DNA from: an uncultured virus (IMG/VR IMGVR_UViG_2770939491_000001)
Lineage: Duplodnaviria > Heunggongvirae > Uroviricota > Caudoviricetes
IMG/VR virus record: IMGVR_UViG_2770939491_000001
Length of the DNA stretch: 64,000 bases
Strand: one strand, 5' to 3'
In this document: piece after piece, positions 19,615 through 29,272 of the stretch
Numbering within the stretch: the stretch's first letter is position 1
Layout: every line of letters starts with the position of its first letter
Program-made: the position numbers and the translations under genes
Notes under the pieces: generated by a model
The model's database searches: none
What the model was told of the DNA's origin: nothing
Seen by the model: only the letters and a program-made list of their open reading frames with translations

Positions 19615-19788
19615 TTACTTCTTAGGGGCGGGGCGCGGCGTCGCTGGCTTGGGGTCAGCGGTGCGCGTGGGGGCCGGTTCGGTGACGGCGCGGTAGCCCT
19701 GTGCGTGCAGGTTTTCGCGCTCGGTGGGCGAGCCGACCAGGCATTCGCGGCCGTCCGGAGAGACCATGCGAATCGGGGTGAAAGCCAT
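19615..19788 (-). CDS. Small 57-aa protein (not in ORF track)
   Basis: AGGAG RBS; MAFTPIRMVSPDGRECLVGSPTERENLHAQGYR...PKK*. Confidence 0.7.
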   Translation of the reverse strand: MAFTPIRMVSPDGRECLVGSPTERENLHAQGYRAVTEPAPTRTADPKPATPRPAPKK

Positions 19789-19885
19789 AGGTGTTCTCCT
19801 GGCTGAGGTCCTGGCGAAAGTTGCGGAAAGGGGTCGCCCCGCGCGCGGCCAGGAATCACGCGCGGGGCGACGGTTCAGGGGGCGA

Positions 19886-20800
19886 TCAGGCGTAGGTGAC
19901 CGCGTAGGCGGTCGACGGGCCGGTCGCGTTGGTGACGATCACGTTGTGAGAACCCGCCGTCTTGGCTGGGGTGGTGATCGCCAGTGTGTTGTCGTCGACC
20001 AGCGTGTAGTCGGTCGCGGCGGTACCACCCACAGTGACGGCGGAGACGCCCGTGAAGTGGTTGCCCTTGAGCACCACCGATTCGCCACCGGCCGCGGCGA
20101 GCGAACCCGCAGGCAGGTGCGAGGTGACCGTCGGAACAGCGGCGGTCGCGGAGAAGCCCATCGACGCAACGAGATTCGCGACGCCAGGACCGCAGATGAC
20201 GTTCTTCAGCGAGTAGCCAAGAGTCGAGTCGATCTTGCCCGCCCAGGTGATGTTGTAGTTCAGGGCGCCGTCCTGCGACCAGGACTGCTCACCGACCTCG
20301 GTGACGATCGCACGCGGCAGGATACGCAGGATGTAGATCGCGTCGGCGCCGTCGCCGTCGACCATGCCGAAGATCAACCGGTGGTAGCGGGTCGACGGGC
20401 TGGTGGGGTCGTTGTACTGGATTTCGTTGGTCGTCGCGTCGGCGGTGACCGCGGACAGATCCATGCCGGAGTACAGCTCAAGCGAACGCCGCTGGGTCTG
20501 CAGCAGGGTGGTCGACACCGTCACCTTGCGGGAGATGATGTCGGTGCGAGGCGGCTCGAGCGCGCCCCACGCTTCGATGTCGTTGGATTCGACCTCGGGG
20601 CGGAACGTGGGTGGTGCGTCCTTGGCGGTAAAGCCGAGCGACTCGAAATCGGTGAGGGACTGGAATTCAGCCGAGACGCCGGAGGTGAACGCGGCGGGGA
20701 TGGTTGCGTCGTCGTCGCCGATGAGCACGAAGCCCTTGTTCGGGCGGCGAATCAGCTCCGGCTTCCAGGCCGCGAGCTGTTCGAAAGTGACAGCAGGCAT
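19886..20800 (-). CDS. Major tail protein with C-terminal Ig-like (IPT/TIG) domain
   Basis: LGFTAKD...IEAWG..EPPRTDI motifs; PTVT...GGESVVLKGNHFTGVSAVTVGG. Confidence 0.9.
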   Translation of the reverse strand: MPAVTFEQLAAWKPELIRRPNKGFVLIGDDDATIPAAFTSGVSAEFQSLTDFESLGFTAKDAPPTFRPEVESNDIEAWGALEPPRTDIISRKVTVSTTLLQTQRRSLELYSGMDLSAVTADATTNEIQYNDPTSPSTRYHRLIFGMVDGDGADAIYILRILPRAIVTEVGEQSWSQDGALNYNITWAGKIDSTLGYSLKNVICGPGVANLVASMGFSATAAVPTVTSHLPAGSLAAAGGESVVLKGNHFTGVSAVTVGGTAATDYTLVDDNTLAITTPAKTAGSHNVIVTNATGPSTAYAVTYA

Positions 20801-20884
20801 GAAGGTTTCCTTGATTTGGGCACACCGAGAACCCCGCCAGCCATCGAGCGGCCCGGGGTGGTGTGAAGAAGAGAGAGGCGGAGG

Positions 20885-21256
20885 CTAGGCGCGGGGCCTG
20901 CGGTAGGAGAGGCGGACCGTCGCGGACACACCGCGGGCGTCGCGGCGTTCCGGCGGGATGTATTGGCCGCCGGTCGCTTCCTCGGCAACGTCGATCAAGA
21001 ACCCGCCTGGCGCGGTGTTCCCGGCGGCCAGGATCCGTTCTTGGCCTGCGGTTTTCAGGGTCTTGGATTCGGCGCGCGTGGCGGCGACGTACTCGACGTC
21101 GATCACGGGGTTGTCGGCGACGCCGTCTTCCCGACCGCCGACGCGGGTGACGTAGATGTAGGGCGGGTCGATCTCATCGGACTCGAAGGTGACTACGGGG
21201 GCGATGTCGTCGAGGAGCGCTTTCATCACGTCGTCGAAATCTGGGTAGGGAAGCAC
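20885..21256 (-). CDS. Tail terminator / neck protein
   Basis: PYIYVTRVGG motif; directly before the major tail. Confidence 0.75.
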   Translation of the reverse strand: MLPYPDFDDVMKALLDDIAPVVTFESDEIDPPYIYVTRVGGREDGVADNPVIDVEYVAATRAESKTLKTAGQERILAAGNTAPGGFLIDVAEEATGGQYIPPERRDARGVSATVRLSYRRPRA

Positions 21257-21558
21257 TAACCCTCCACGTCTCGGATGAAGTCGCGCATCACGTGCTCGGG
21301 GCGGTTCCAGCGGGTGCCGTGTTCACGGAAGCGGGCGTAGTAACCGGACGCGTAGGTGACACCTTGCTGTTTCCCGGTGGCGTCTAGTTCGGTGAATGCT
21401 TCGGTATGGGTGGCGTTGTAGCCCGTTCTCCATTTTGAGCGCATGGCCCATCTATCGGCCCCTTGTTCCGCCACTTCTTGGAGGAATTCGGCAAGCTCTG
21501 GAGAACCTCGAAAGAATGCGTCCATATCCATGCTTGAGCCGTCGTATTCCAATGGCAT
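21256..21558 (-). CDS. HK97 gp10-like neck protein with recoded N-terminus
   Basis: RTGY...[10 protein letters not shown] motif; probable start MPLEYDG at 21558. Confidence 0.75.
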   Translation of the reverse strand: MPLEYDGSSMDMDAFFRGSPELAEFLQEVAEQGADRWAMRSKWRTGYNATHTEAFTELDATGKQQGVTYASGYYARFREHGTRWNRPEHVMRDFIRDVEG

Positions 21559-21591
21559 CACCTGCTTGAATTTGCTAGACTTGAAATCGAA

Positions 21592-22353
21592 ATGACTGAC
21601 TATCGTTGTCGCGTTTGCGATTCCAGCTATTCCACCGTTGGCCCGCGCGGGCGAGAACCGCGCGCACACTTCTGCGACAATTGCTTGCCGTACCATCATT
21701 GGTGTTACCGATGCCACCGAGCACGCCTAATATCCCAGTTCGCACCGTGGCCATCCAGGGCAAATGGGCTTGATTCGTGTTGCATTCCGTGCCGAAACCA
21801 CATGACGCTCAAGCTGCTGGACTGCGCAGGCTGTAACGCGACCTTCATGACCGATGCGCGCCGAATGGTGGATGGTCGCCTTAAAGTCCATAACACCAGA
21901 TCGAAATACCTGTGCGACACCTGCGTGGAGAGGGTCGCAGTATGCGTTGCGTGCTCTACAGCGAAACCTCTGTCTGACTTCGGAAAAGGAAGGCTGAACC
22001 GTCGCGGAGTCAAGTATCACTGCAAAACATGCCGGGCCGAGGAGTGGAATCGCCTTCCGAAGCTACGTAAACGCAGGGTCTACAAGTACGGACTTACGGT
22101 CGACGACTACGAGCGTATGTGGAAGGCTCAGGACGGGAAGTGCGCTATTTGCCGCCTACCGCAGAAGCGCTATTCTGATGGTCGACTCATCGATCTCGCC
22201 ATCGACCACTGCCATGCAACAGGCCAAGTTCGCGGCCTGCTATGTTCTGGCTGCAATCGAGCTATCGGATTGGTAGACGACGATCCGGCGATCTTGGAGG
22301 CGGCGGCAGCCTATTTGCGGCAGGCGTCGACTCGAACGCTGCGGAGCGCGTAG
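21592..22353 (+). CDS. Endonuclease VII-family homing endonuclease, antisense insertion
   Basis: [11 protein letters not shown]...CAIC...[25 protein letters not shown]; several N-terminal CxxC pairs; lower GC. Confidence 0.9.
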   Translation: MTDYRCRVCDSSYSTVGPRGREPRAHFCDNCLPYHHWCYRCHRARLISQFAPWPSRANGLDSCCIPCRNHMTLKLLDCAGCNATFMTDARRMVDGRLKVHNTRSKYLCDTCVERVAVCVACSTAKPLSDFGKGRLNRRGVKYHCKTCRAEEWNRLPKLRKRRVYKYGLTVDDYERMWKAQDGKCAICRLPQKRYSDGRLIDLAIDHCHATGQVRGLLCSGCNRAIGLVDDDPAILEAAAAYLRQASTRTLRSA

Positions 22354-22356
22354 GCA

Positions 22357-22722
22357 TCAGACCCGTCGTATTCCACTGTTGCCGTCCTTCGCGATCTTGA
22401 ACCGCACACCTGTCGACCAGCCGGTGAACGGGTTCGGGGTTTCGCGGACTTGCCCGTCGATGACGAATTCCCTTGTGCCCAGCCGGATTCGGTCTGTCTC
22501 TAGGACGTCCGAACCGTGTGGAGCAGTGACCTGGGCGACCAACATGCGTTGCTCACCGTGGGTCGAGTCCTCAGTGTCTGTCGCCCATTTGAGATCGCAG
22601 GGCCCGATCTGGTGCTCGACCACCGTCGAGTTGACGGGGTCGCCTTCCCAGTTGCGGGCGGCGCCACGAATGACGGTGAGCATGGTCCCGGCGGGGTAGG
22701 TCGGGTGCGCGTAATTCACCAT
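22357..22722 (-). CDS. Head closure (stopper) protein
   Basis: DVLETDRIRLG...FVIDG motif; follows the adaptor. Confidence 0.75.
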   Translation of the reverse strand: MVNYAHPTYPAGTMLTVIRGAARNWEGDPVNSTVVEHQIGPCDLKWATDTEDSTHGEQRMLVAQVTAPHGSDVLETDRIRLGTREFVIDGQVRETPNPFTGWSTGVRFKIAKDGNSGIRRV

Positions 22723-23141
22723 CAGTCCGGCCTCGTGGATGCAAGCCCGGCGTTGCGAAGGATCAGCAGCGCGGCCGAATGCAGCTGCTTGAGGGCACGT
22801 TCGACTTCGGCGCCGGTGATGGAGTCTCCGTAGACGACCGACCCGCCGTCGGCGGTCTGGGATGCGACCGCGAGTTCACGGCCGACAGTGCCGGCGACCG
22901 GGTTGAGCCCGGCCAGTGACCACATGGCAGCTTGGGCGCAGGTTGCGTCCCGGAACGCTTCAGCGATCGCGGTGTCGGTGGGGAGCCCGGCGGTGTCGAC
23001 GTCGTAGTGGTCGCACATGGTGACGCGGCGGACCAGGATCGACGCGAACCGCAGCAGCAGCGCGGCGTTGGCGGGGGCCGTGCCGGTCAACCATCCGCCG
23101 GCGATGAGGTCGTCGGGTTGGGCGTAGATCAGCACAGCCAT
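22722..23141 (-). CDS. Head-to-tail adaptor
   Basis: YAQPDDL...ATCAQA...LRNAGL pattern; follows the capsid module. Confidence 0.8.
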   Translation of the reverse strand: MAVLIYAQPDDLIAGGWLTGTAPANAALLLRFASILVRRVTMCDHYDVDTAGLPTDTAIAEAFRDATCAQAAMWSLAGLNPVAGTVGRELAVASQTADGGSVVYGDSITGAEVERALKQLHSAALLILRNAGLASTRPD

Positions 23142-23144
23142 CGG

Positions 23145-23429
<285 letters not shown>

Positions 23430-23501
23430 TGCGGCTCTCCAAAAGTGTTGGTAGGCAACCACTCCCCAGCGCCACCCGGTTGAGGTGGCGCGGGGTGGAG
23501 G

Positions 23502-24422
23502 TCACGCCTGCAGCGGGCCGCGCAGCAGCACGGAGCGGTTGGCATCCAGCGTCGCGACACCGTAGAGGATGTCGAAGCTGATGATGTCCTGCTTGTGCAC
23601 GTGGTCGCGGTCGATCGTGGTACGCAGGCTGATGCCCTTGTAGGTCTCGATCGCGTACGAGGTGCCTGCAGACAGCGGACGAGGCAGCGGCACCGAAGTG
23701 AACGTGAACGCGGTCTCGTGGAACGCCAGACCAACCTCGGTGGTGGGCTGACCCGACGCCGGCGAACCCGAAGGCTGCACGATGTTCTGGGTCATGTAGG
23801 CGTCGAAGTTGAACAGGTTGTCACCGATCGAGCCGCGACGCAGGGCCTCGGTCGAGCCGCTCTGGTCGTAGCGCTTCAGCAGATCCGAGTTCAGCCACTT
23901 GGCCTTGGCGGTGGGGCCGACGACGGCGTGGCGCCGCATGCTCGGGACCTTCTGGATATCGAGCTGGCGACCGGCCTCGATCAGGACCTCAGGCTTGTCC
24001 CACTCATGACCGGCAGGGGTGACACCGGCGAAGGCAGTGGTGTTGGCCTTCATGTGGGCGATGATCGCCCGGTCGACGAACTGGGCGAGGCCCTCGGCCG
24101 CGGGGACGGCGATCTGGGCGTCCATCGACTCCAGCTCGAGTAGCGCGGACTCGTCGGTGATCTCGAGCGAGATGTCGGCGATCTTGTCCAGCTTGACCGG
24201 CACCGAGGTCTCGGTGGCGTTCTGGACCTGGATGCCGGCGGTGCGGTCGAACAGCGCGGCGTTCAGGACCGCCGGCTTGCGCACGTTGACGGTGTCGCCG
24301 ACCTTGGCCTGGAACTCACCGGAGTAGCCGGTGTGGACCAGTGGCAGCATGACCAGGTTTTCGTACAGGTTCGCGAGGACCTGACGCGCGATGACATCGG
24401 GCGTCAGAAAGGTGTTAGCCAA
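23502..24422 (-). CDS. Major capsid protein (P22 coat-like family)
   Basis: MANTFLTPDVIAR...GDTVNVRKP...SFDILYG; TTG start after an AGGAG RBS. Confidence 0.9.
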   Translation of the reverse strand: MANTFLTPDVIARQVLANLYENLVMLPLVHTGYSGEFQAKVGDTVNVRKPAVLNAALFDRTAGIQVQNATETSVPVKLDKIADISLEITDESALLELESMDAQIAVPAAEGLAQFVDRAIIAHMKANTTAFAGVTPAGHEWDKPEVLIEAGRQLDIQKVPSMRRHAVVGPTAKAKWLNSDLLKRYDQSGSTEALRRGSIGDNLFNFDAYMTQNIVQPSGSPASGQPTTEVGLAFHETAFTFTSVPLPRPLSAGTSYAIETYKGISLRTTIDRDHVHKQDIISFDILYGVATLDANRSVLLRGPLQA

Positions 24423-24436
24423 TTGTGGCTCCTAGG

Positions 24437-25186
24437 TTAGAGCCCGCCGTTTTCGCGCTTAGCGCGCATTTCGAGGCGGATTTCTTCAACGGATTTGGGG
24501 CCGCGCACCTTTGGTGCTGCGTTGCCCCCGGAGAGGTCTCCGCCGCTGCGAGGAGCCGCCACCTGGGCAGTCGTCTTCTTCAGCTTTGGATTGGATTCGA
24601 CGGCTGCGGCGACAATGGCTTCCATCTGGGAAGCGAAATCGTCTGCGGCGAGGTCGAGTTTGTTCAGCGCACCGGTACCGGCGAGGTATGGGGCGAGAAT
24701 GCTGGTGTCGCCGTCGCATTTTTCGGCCGCATCGTTGAGTGCCTTTTCGATGCGGAGTGCGCGGAGTTCCTTGGCGACCGAGTCGCGTTCGGCGGCGAGC
24801 TGGGTTTCCCGGTCCTGCGCCTGCTTCAGCAGGTCGGCGGGGTCGGGTGGGGTGTCGTCCTTGATCAGGCCGAGCGTGCGTGCGATTTGTTCGGTCAGGG
24901 TTCGCTGGGCTTCAGCAGCGGCCTCCTGGGCTGCCTGCTTAGCCTTTTCGTCGCCCTTGACGCGGTTCGCCGCGGCTTCCTCGCGAAGCTTCTTGACGTA
25001 GGCTTCGTCGTAGGTTTTCGCGGGCTTTTCCGGTGCTGGTTCGGTGTCAGCGGCCGGGGTGGTGGTCTCGGTGGCCTGTACAGAGTCACCGGGAGCCGGG
25101 GTGGTGTCGGTGACGGCGGGTGCCGTGTCGACGGGGGTGCTGTTTTCAGTTGTGGGTGTTGCGGGGGTGTTGGCTTCGTCGGCCAT
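24437..25186 (-). CDS. Capsid scaffolding protein
   Basis: Acidic Thr/Pro N-terminus, YVKKLREEAAANR, coiled coil; AGGAGG RBS. Confidence 0.85.
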   Translation of the reverse strand: MADEANTPATPTTENSTPVDTAPAVTDTTPAPGDSVQATETTTPAADTEPAPEKPAKTYDEAYVKKLREEAAANRVKGDEKAKQAAQEAAAEAQRTLTEQIARTLGLIKDDTPPDPADLLKQAQDRETQLAAERDSVAKELRALRIEKALNDAAEKCDGDTSILAPYLAGTGALNKLDLAADDFASQMEAIVAAAVESNPKLKKTTAQVAAPRSGGDLSGGNAAPKVRGPKSVEEIRLEMRAKRENGGL

Positions 25187-25331
25187 GAATGTGCCTCCTG
25201 GACACGTGAAAACACCCGTGGCACCAGGCCGAACGGGGTGTTGGAATGACGAAACCCCCAGGGCCAGATGGCCGGAACTGGGGGTTATTTGCACCCGCGC
25301 AAAATGGGCGGGAAGTCTTCAATTATTTGAG

Positions 25332-25416
25332 CGGAGATTTGAGGAATCGAACCCCTGCCCCGTGAGGGGCCGCGCCGCTTTCAAGGCGGTCCCGCCACCA
25401 TGGCGGTTAAATCTCC
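25332..25416 (-). tRNA. Non-canonical 8/4 allo-tRNA-like tRNA-Ser (anticodon UGA)
   Basis: 8-bp acceptor GGAGATTT/AAATCTCC; 4-bp T stem GGGG/CCTC; long D stem CCGCCA/TGGCGG; loop CTTGAAA; long V arm; G discriminator. Confidence 0.85.
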
Positions 25417-25417
25417 T

Positions 25418-25491
25418 TGGCTGGCCTGCCAGGATTCGAACCTGAACCTTCTGAACCAGAGTCAGACGTGCTGCCGTTGCACTACAGGCCG
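25418..25491 (-). tRNA. tRNA-Gln(CUG)
   Basis: Cloverleaf with TCTGA-ctCTGgt-TCAGA, TTCGAAT T loop, encoded CCA. Confidence 0.92.
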
Positions 25492-25492
25492 G

Positions 25493-25566
25493 TGGCAGGC
25501 TCGCCAGGATTCAAACCTGAACGCCCGGAGCCAAAATCCGGAATGCTGTCGTTACATCACGAGCCT
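25493..25566 (-). tRNA. tRNA-Gln(UUG)
   Basis: CCGGA-ttTTGgc-TCCGG; acceptor AGGCTCG/CGAGCCT; encoded CCA; variant T loop TTTGAAT. Confidence 0.88.
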
Positions 25567-25574
25567 ACGAATTG

Positions 25575-25844
25575 TCAGTCGCCGAGCAACCTGGCTCGCG
25601 CCGATGCGGCCCGCCGGGCACCGTTGGTGCCGTCGAGCAAACCCTGGAACGCACGCTCGGCCGCATCGATCAGTTCAGCCGGCGGGTTTGGGTACGCCTC
25701 TGCCACGGCCGACAGGGCGTCCGCGGTGTCTGTATCGAGGGGGTGATCGGTGAGGTCGACACCCTGGTCGCGGGCTGCGGCGAGCGCGTACTCAAATCGG
25801 GTACGGAGCTCGTCATCGGTGGGCCGGCGGGCGCCTGTCCTCAC
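25575..25844 (-). CDS. Small protein coupled to MuF (candidate immunity protein)
   Basis: 89 aa; GTGA start/stop overlap with the MuF gene. Confidence 0.6.
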   Translation of the reverse strand: MRTGARRPTDDELRTRFEYALAAARDQGVDLTDHPLDTDTADALSAVAEAYPNPPAELIDAAERAFQGLLDGTNGARRAASARARLLGD

Positions 25845-27577
25845 GGGGCACTCCTCGACTTGTCTACTAGCAGCTTGTGCAGCACTTTCGCGGGTTCACT
25901 GGCATTGTCGCCGCGCAGCTCTACCTCGGCAAACGCTTCGGCGATCGCCTCGCGGGCGAAGAAGTTGCCGTCCAGGTCGAAGCAGTAGCCGGGCAGCTGG
26001 CGTAGCCAGCTGTCGTAGCGAGCAGCGAAGTCGTCGTGGGATTCGCCGGTGCGCCTCGGGTAGTGCGTTCGGAAGTGTGCGTCGAGTGCGTCGTCGGCTG
26101 CGCGTCGGCCTTCGAGTTGCCCGGCGACGTCGAGGACGTGGCCGAACTCGTGCACGATGACCGCGTAGACGGGGCGCTGCTCGAACCCTGGTGAGTGGTA
26201 GTGGTCTGCGACGTCAGCTTCCATCGCTTCCCGGTACACGGCCGGGTTGCCTGCGTGCAGGTAGTTGAGGACGACATGGTCGACGGTCCTCGGCTGCCCC
26301 TTGGGCTTACGGTTCGGTGCTTCGCCGAACACTCGGTCTGGGTCCGGGGACATGACGGGGCCGATGAGGATGCGGTTCGGGCGCATCTGCGGGTAGCGGG
26401 TCATCATGTCGTCGACGGCTCGTGCGTATTCCTGCACCACTTCCAGTGACAGGCCGGGCAGATCGAATCCCTCTACCGGAAGGCCGTGTCGCAGTTGCAG
26501 TATCTGGCCGACTTCCAGAGGTGTGGTGGCGTTGTCGAATGGCGATGGTGGGGTCCGTGGGCCCGGTTGGGGTTGCGGGTTGCTGCTGTCGCCGCGGCGC
26601 GCCATGCGCGGCACCTCGGCTGTGCGACCAGCCGCGACCGCGACGCGCTGGCGTACGCGGTTGGCACGCTGCTGTGCAGCGGCTGCCCGGCGGGCAGTGC
26701 GGCGTGTTTCGCTGACGCGGACGGCGCGCGGTGGCGCCGGATTGTCCGGTGTCCATACTCGGATGGTGTGGCGGCAGTTCGGGTGGAACAGGCCACGGTC
26801 GAGAGCTTCGCGCAGCGAGCACATCACGTGGACGGCGACAGTGTTCCCGGTGCTGGTGTTGCGGGTGATCGCGCCGACGGTGGAACCGCTGATCGAGATG
26901 ACTTTGCCTTCGAACGGTCGGCACGTTTCGCAGGAGCCGGGGACATCGGAGACGACGAACAGGTCGTGCCCGTCGGTGGCGAGTTGCTGTGTGTAGCCCT
27001 CGATTTCGGCAGTGGATACGGCGTTGCGTATCTGTGCTTCGACGTAGGCGACGAGCTCGCGGCGGCGGCCGTGGGTGTCGACCAGCGCGGTGAACCCTTG
27101 TCGGGCGTCGCGCTGCAGGGACCGTTCGAGCGCTTCCCGGTGCTGCTGGGCGGTTTCCGCTGTCGTGGTGTGGTCGACGGCGCGGCGGAGGACTGCCTCG
27201 GTGGCGGCGGGTAGACCACTGTTCGCGGCGTCGAGTGCGTCGAGGACACGGTCGACCAGGCGGTTGGTGATCCGGTCGTCGGTGTGTGACCGGTGGCTGC
27301 CGGTATCGGTGCGGGCTGCGGCGGTGCCGTCGGCCCATCCTCGGGTGATCGCTTCCCGCACCAGGGCGGGCGCGCGGTCGCCGGCGTCGTCGACGAGTTT
27401 GCTGACCCCGGCCCGGAACTTCGGGATGTTCATCAGGATCCGCATCAGCCATCGGCGGCCGAAGCCGTCGAGGCCGAGTACCTTCGCGATCCACCGCCAC
27501 AAAGCCAGCTCGAGCGCCTTGTAGAGGCGGACGAGCGGCATGGCGTGGCGGTCACCGTTGGACGGGGTGAGAGGCAT
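25841..27577 (-). CDS. MuF / minor capsid protein with C-terminal zincin-like (HExxH) extension
   Basis: CETCRPFEGKV...GLFHPNCRH capsid-maturation motif; C-terminal VIVHEFGHVLD...EAIAEAF. Confidence 0.85.
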   Translation of the reverse strand: MPLTPSNGDRHAMPLVRLYKALELALWRWIAKVLGLDGFGRRWLMRILMNIPKFRAGVSKLVDDAGDRAPALVREAITRGWADGTAAARTDTGSHRSHTDDRITNRLVDRVLDALDAANSGLPAATEAVLRRAVDHTTTAETAQQHREALERSLQRDARQGFTALVDTHGRRRELVAYVEAQIRNAVSTAEIEGYTQQLATDGHDLFVVSDVPGSCETCRPFEGKVISISGSTVGAITRNTSTGNTVAVHVMCSLREALDRGLFHPNCRHTIRVWTPDNPAPPRAVRVSETRRTARRAAAAQQRANRVRQRVAVAAGRTAEVPRMARRGDSSNPQPQPGPRTPPSPFDNATTPLEVGQILQLRHGLPVEGFDLPGLSLEVVQEYARAVDDMMTRYPQMRPNRILIGPVMSPDPDRVFGEAPNRKPKGQPRTVDHVVLNYLHAGNPAVYREAMEADVADHYHSPGFEQRPVYAVIVHEFGHVLDVAGQLEGRRAADDALDAHFRTHYPRRTGESHDDFAARYDSWLRQLPGYCFDLDGNFFAREAIAEAFAEVELRGDNASEPAKVLHKLLVDKSRSAP

Positions 27578-29196
27578 CAGACCTCCGCGTCGTCGTCCGG
27601 CTTCTTCGTCGGGGCGGGGTTGTCCTGCTGCAGGTCGCTGTGTGCGTCCTCGCTGTCGATCGCGGGGCCGAAGTCGCCGGTGTGATCGGGCACGAGGACG
27701 TCGAATTCGTCGGCGAGGCGTTGCACTTCGTCGGCGACTTCATCGTTGGACCAGTTCGGGTGTCGTTCCCGGACAGCGGTTTCGCGGGACATGACCTGTG
27801 CGGCGCGCATGTTCGCGATCGCGGTTGACAGTTGGACGGGGTCCTGGTCGACGCGGACGGGGAACTTCATCTCCGGCTCGGCGAGGAGCTCGAAGCTGGT
27901 GCCGGGGTAGATGATCCGGTCGAGCTCGAGCATCGTGCGGGCGAGCGGCTGCACTGCGGACTGCCAGTACAGGATTTTGCGGTTGCGGGTCTGGTTGGAC
28001 TTGTCTTTGCGGGCCGAGACCTCGGTGGCGGTGATAGCGACAGCTTCGCCGTCGTCGAAGTCAGCCGCGCTGTAGCCGCAGGCGCGCAGGATCTGCTTGA
28101 GCAGTTTCTCGCAGGTCTTGGCGTGTTCCTCGACGCGGATTTCGAACTGTTCGGCCTGCACCAGCGGGCGGGTTTGCTCGTCCATCGTGTCGGCGGGGAC
28201 ACCGGTGAAGATGTCGCGTTCCCGGTCGAAGGATGCACCGCGGCCGGGGCCGTGGTCGTCGAGGAGTTCGTTCGAGACGAACAGGCGGCCTTTGGCGAGG
28301 TCGAGGTCACGCATCCACGACGACCACGCTTCATCGAGCGCGTCGAAGAGGTGCTCGACGCCTTCGAAGTCGCTGCGTCCCAACGGGGACAGGGTGGGGA
28401 CGTTGCGCCACCTGCGTGCTGGTCGGACGTTCGGGATGTAGCAGGCGGTCAGCCCGGTCACGCCGGTGGCGATCGAGGACTCTTCGTCGACGAGTTCAGC
28501 GGCCCAGGCGGTGGCGTCCATCTCGGCCAGCGGCATGCGGCGGCCGATGTCGGAGTCGTCACCGCAGAACAGGGCGTGCTCGATGCGACCGGGTTCGTGG
28601 TGCTCGAGGTGGCGCCAGGTGCCGCGTTTGTCCTTGCCGACGATGGTCCAGAACGTGACCGCGGCGAGTTCGCCGTACCGCCATTGCGGGATGGCGCAAT
28701 CGGGGGCGACCGCGCCGATCATCACCTTGTCGGTGGCGTCTTGGTCCCACCACAGGCGCAGGAAAACCCCACCGAGCGCGGCCTGAATCTCGGCGGCCTC
28801 GAGAAAGGTCGCGACGACATCAGCGCCGTCGAGGAGTTGATTCAGCCTGTCCTGCGCCGCTTCGAGATTGGTGGCGTCGCCGTCGTTGAACAACCAGCTC
28901 GGCGGTTGCCCGAACAACAGGTCAGCGCTGGTGGTGGCAACGTCAGCGGGTGCGGGGATGTGCAGGCGTTTGGTGTCCTGCATGACAGGGCGTCCCCACC
29001 AGAACCGAGCCAGACGGCCGACGATTCCACCGCGCAGTTGTGATGCCCGTGGGGTCGGTGCCAACGCGGTGTGCCGGTAGATCTCTTCCAGCGCTTCGGG
29101 GTTGCCTTCCCACCAAGCGCTGTGAGTCGCATAGCCCTCTTGGGCGGTGTCCCAGGGTTTCGGCGGGAATTGGCCAGCGAATTCGGGCAGCGGCAT
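27577..29196 (-). CDS. Portal protein (SPP1 gp6-like)
   Basis: SADLLFG, GRSDF and TATEV motifs; position between terminase and MuF. Confidence 0.92.
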   Translation of the reverse strand: MPLPEFAGQFPPKPWDTAQEGYATHSAWWEGNPEALEEIYRHTALAPTPRASQLRGGIVGRLARFWWGRPVMQDTKRLHIPAPADVATTSADLLFGQPPSWLFNDGDATNLEAAQDRLNQLLDGADVVATFLEAAEIQAALGGVFLRLWWDQDATDKVMIGAVAPDCAIPQWRYGELAAVTFWTIVGKDKRGTWRHLEHHEPGRIEHALFCGDDSDIGRRMPLAEMDATAWAAELVDEESSIATGVTGLTACYIPNVRPARRWRNVPTLSPLGRSDFEGVEHLFDALDEAWSSWMRDLDLAKGRLFVSNELLDDHGPGRGASFDRERDIFTGVPADTMDEQTRPLVQAEQFEIRVEEHAKTCEKLLKQILRACGYSAADFDDGEAVAITATEVSARKDKSNQTRNRKILYWQSAVQPLARTMLELDRIIYPGTSFELLAEPEMKFPVRVDQDPVQLSTAIANMRAAQVMSRETAVRERHPNWSNDEVADEVQRLADEFDVLVPDHTGDFGPAIDSEDAHSDLQQDNPAPTKKPDDDAEV

Positions 29197-29272
29197 GCCA
29201 CCTCCAAATGGGTGTCAGCGCGCCGAATCTCGGGCGAACGCTATGAAGTTGAGGGAGTTGCGGAGGGAACGG

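Noticed and set aside
11793..22353. Group I introns housing the HNH and EndoVII genes
   Set aside because: Both ORFs are antisense to the late transcript and fill almost the whole insert, leaving no room for a ribozyme core
25332..25416. tRNA-Sec or opal suppressor
   Set aside because: The anticodon is UGA (reads Ser UCA), not UCA; the fold is 8/4 rather than 8/5; no selA/selB/selD in the window
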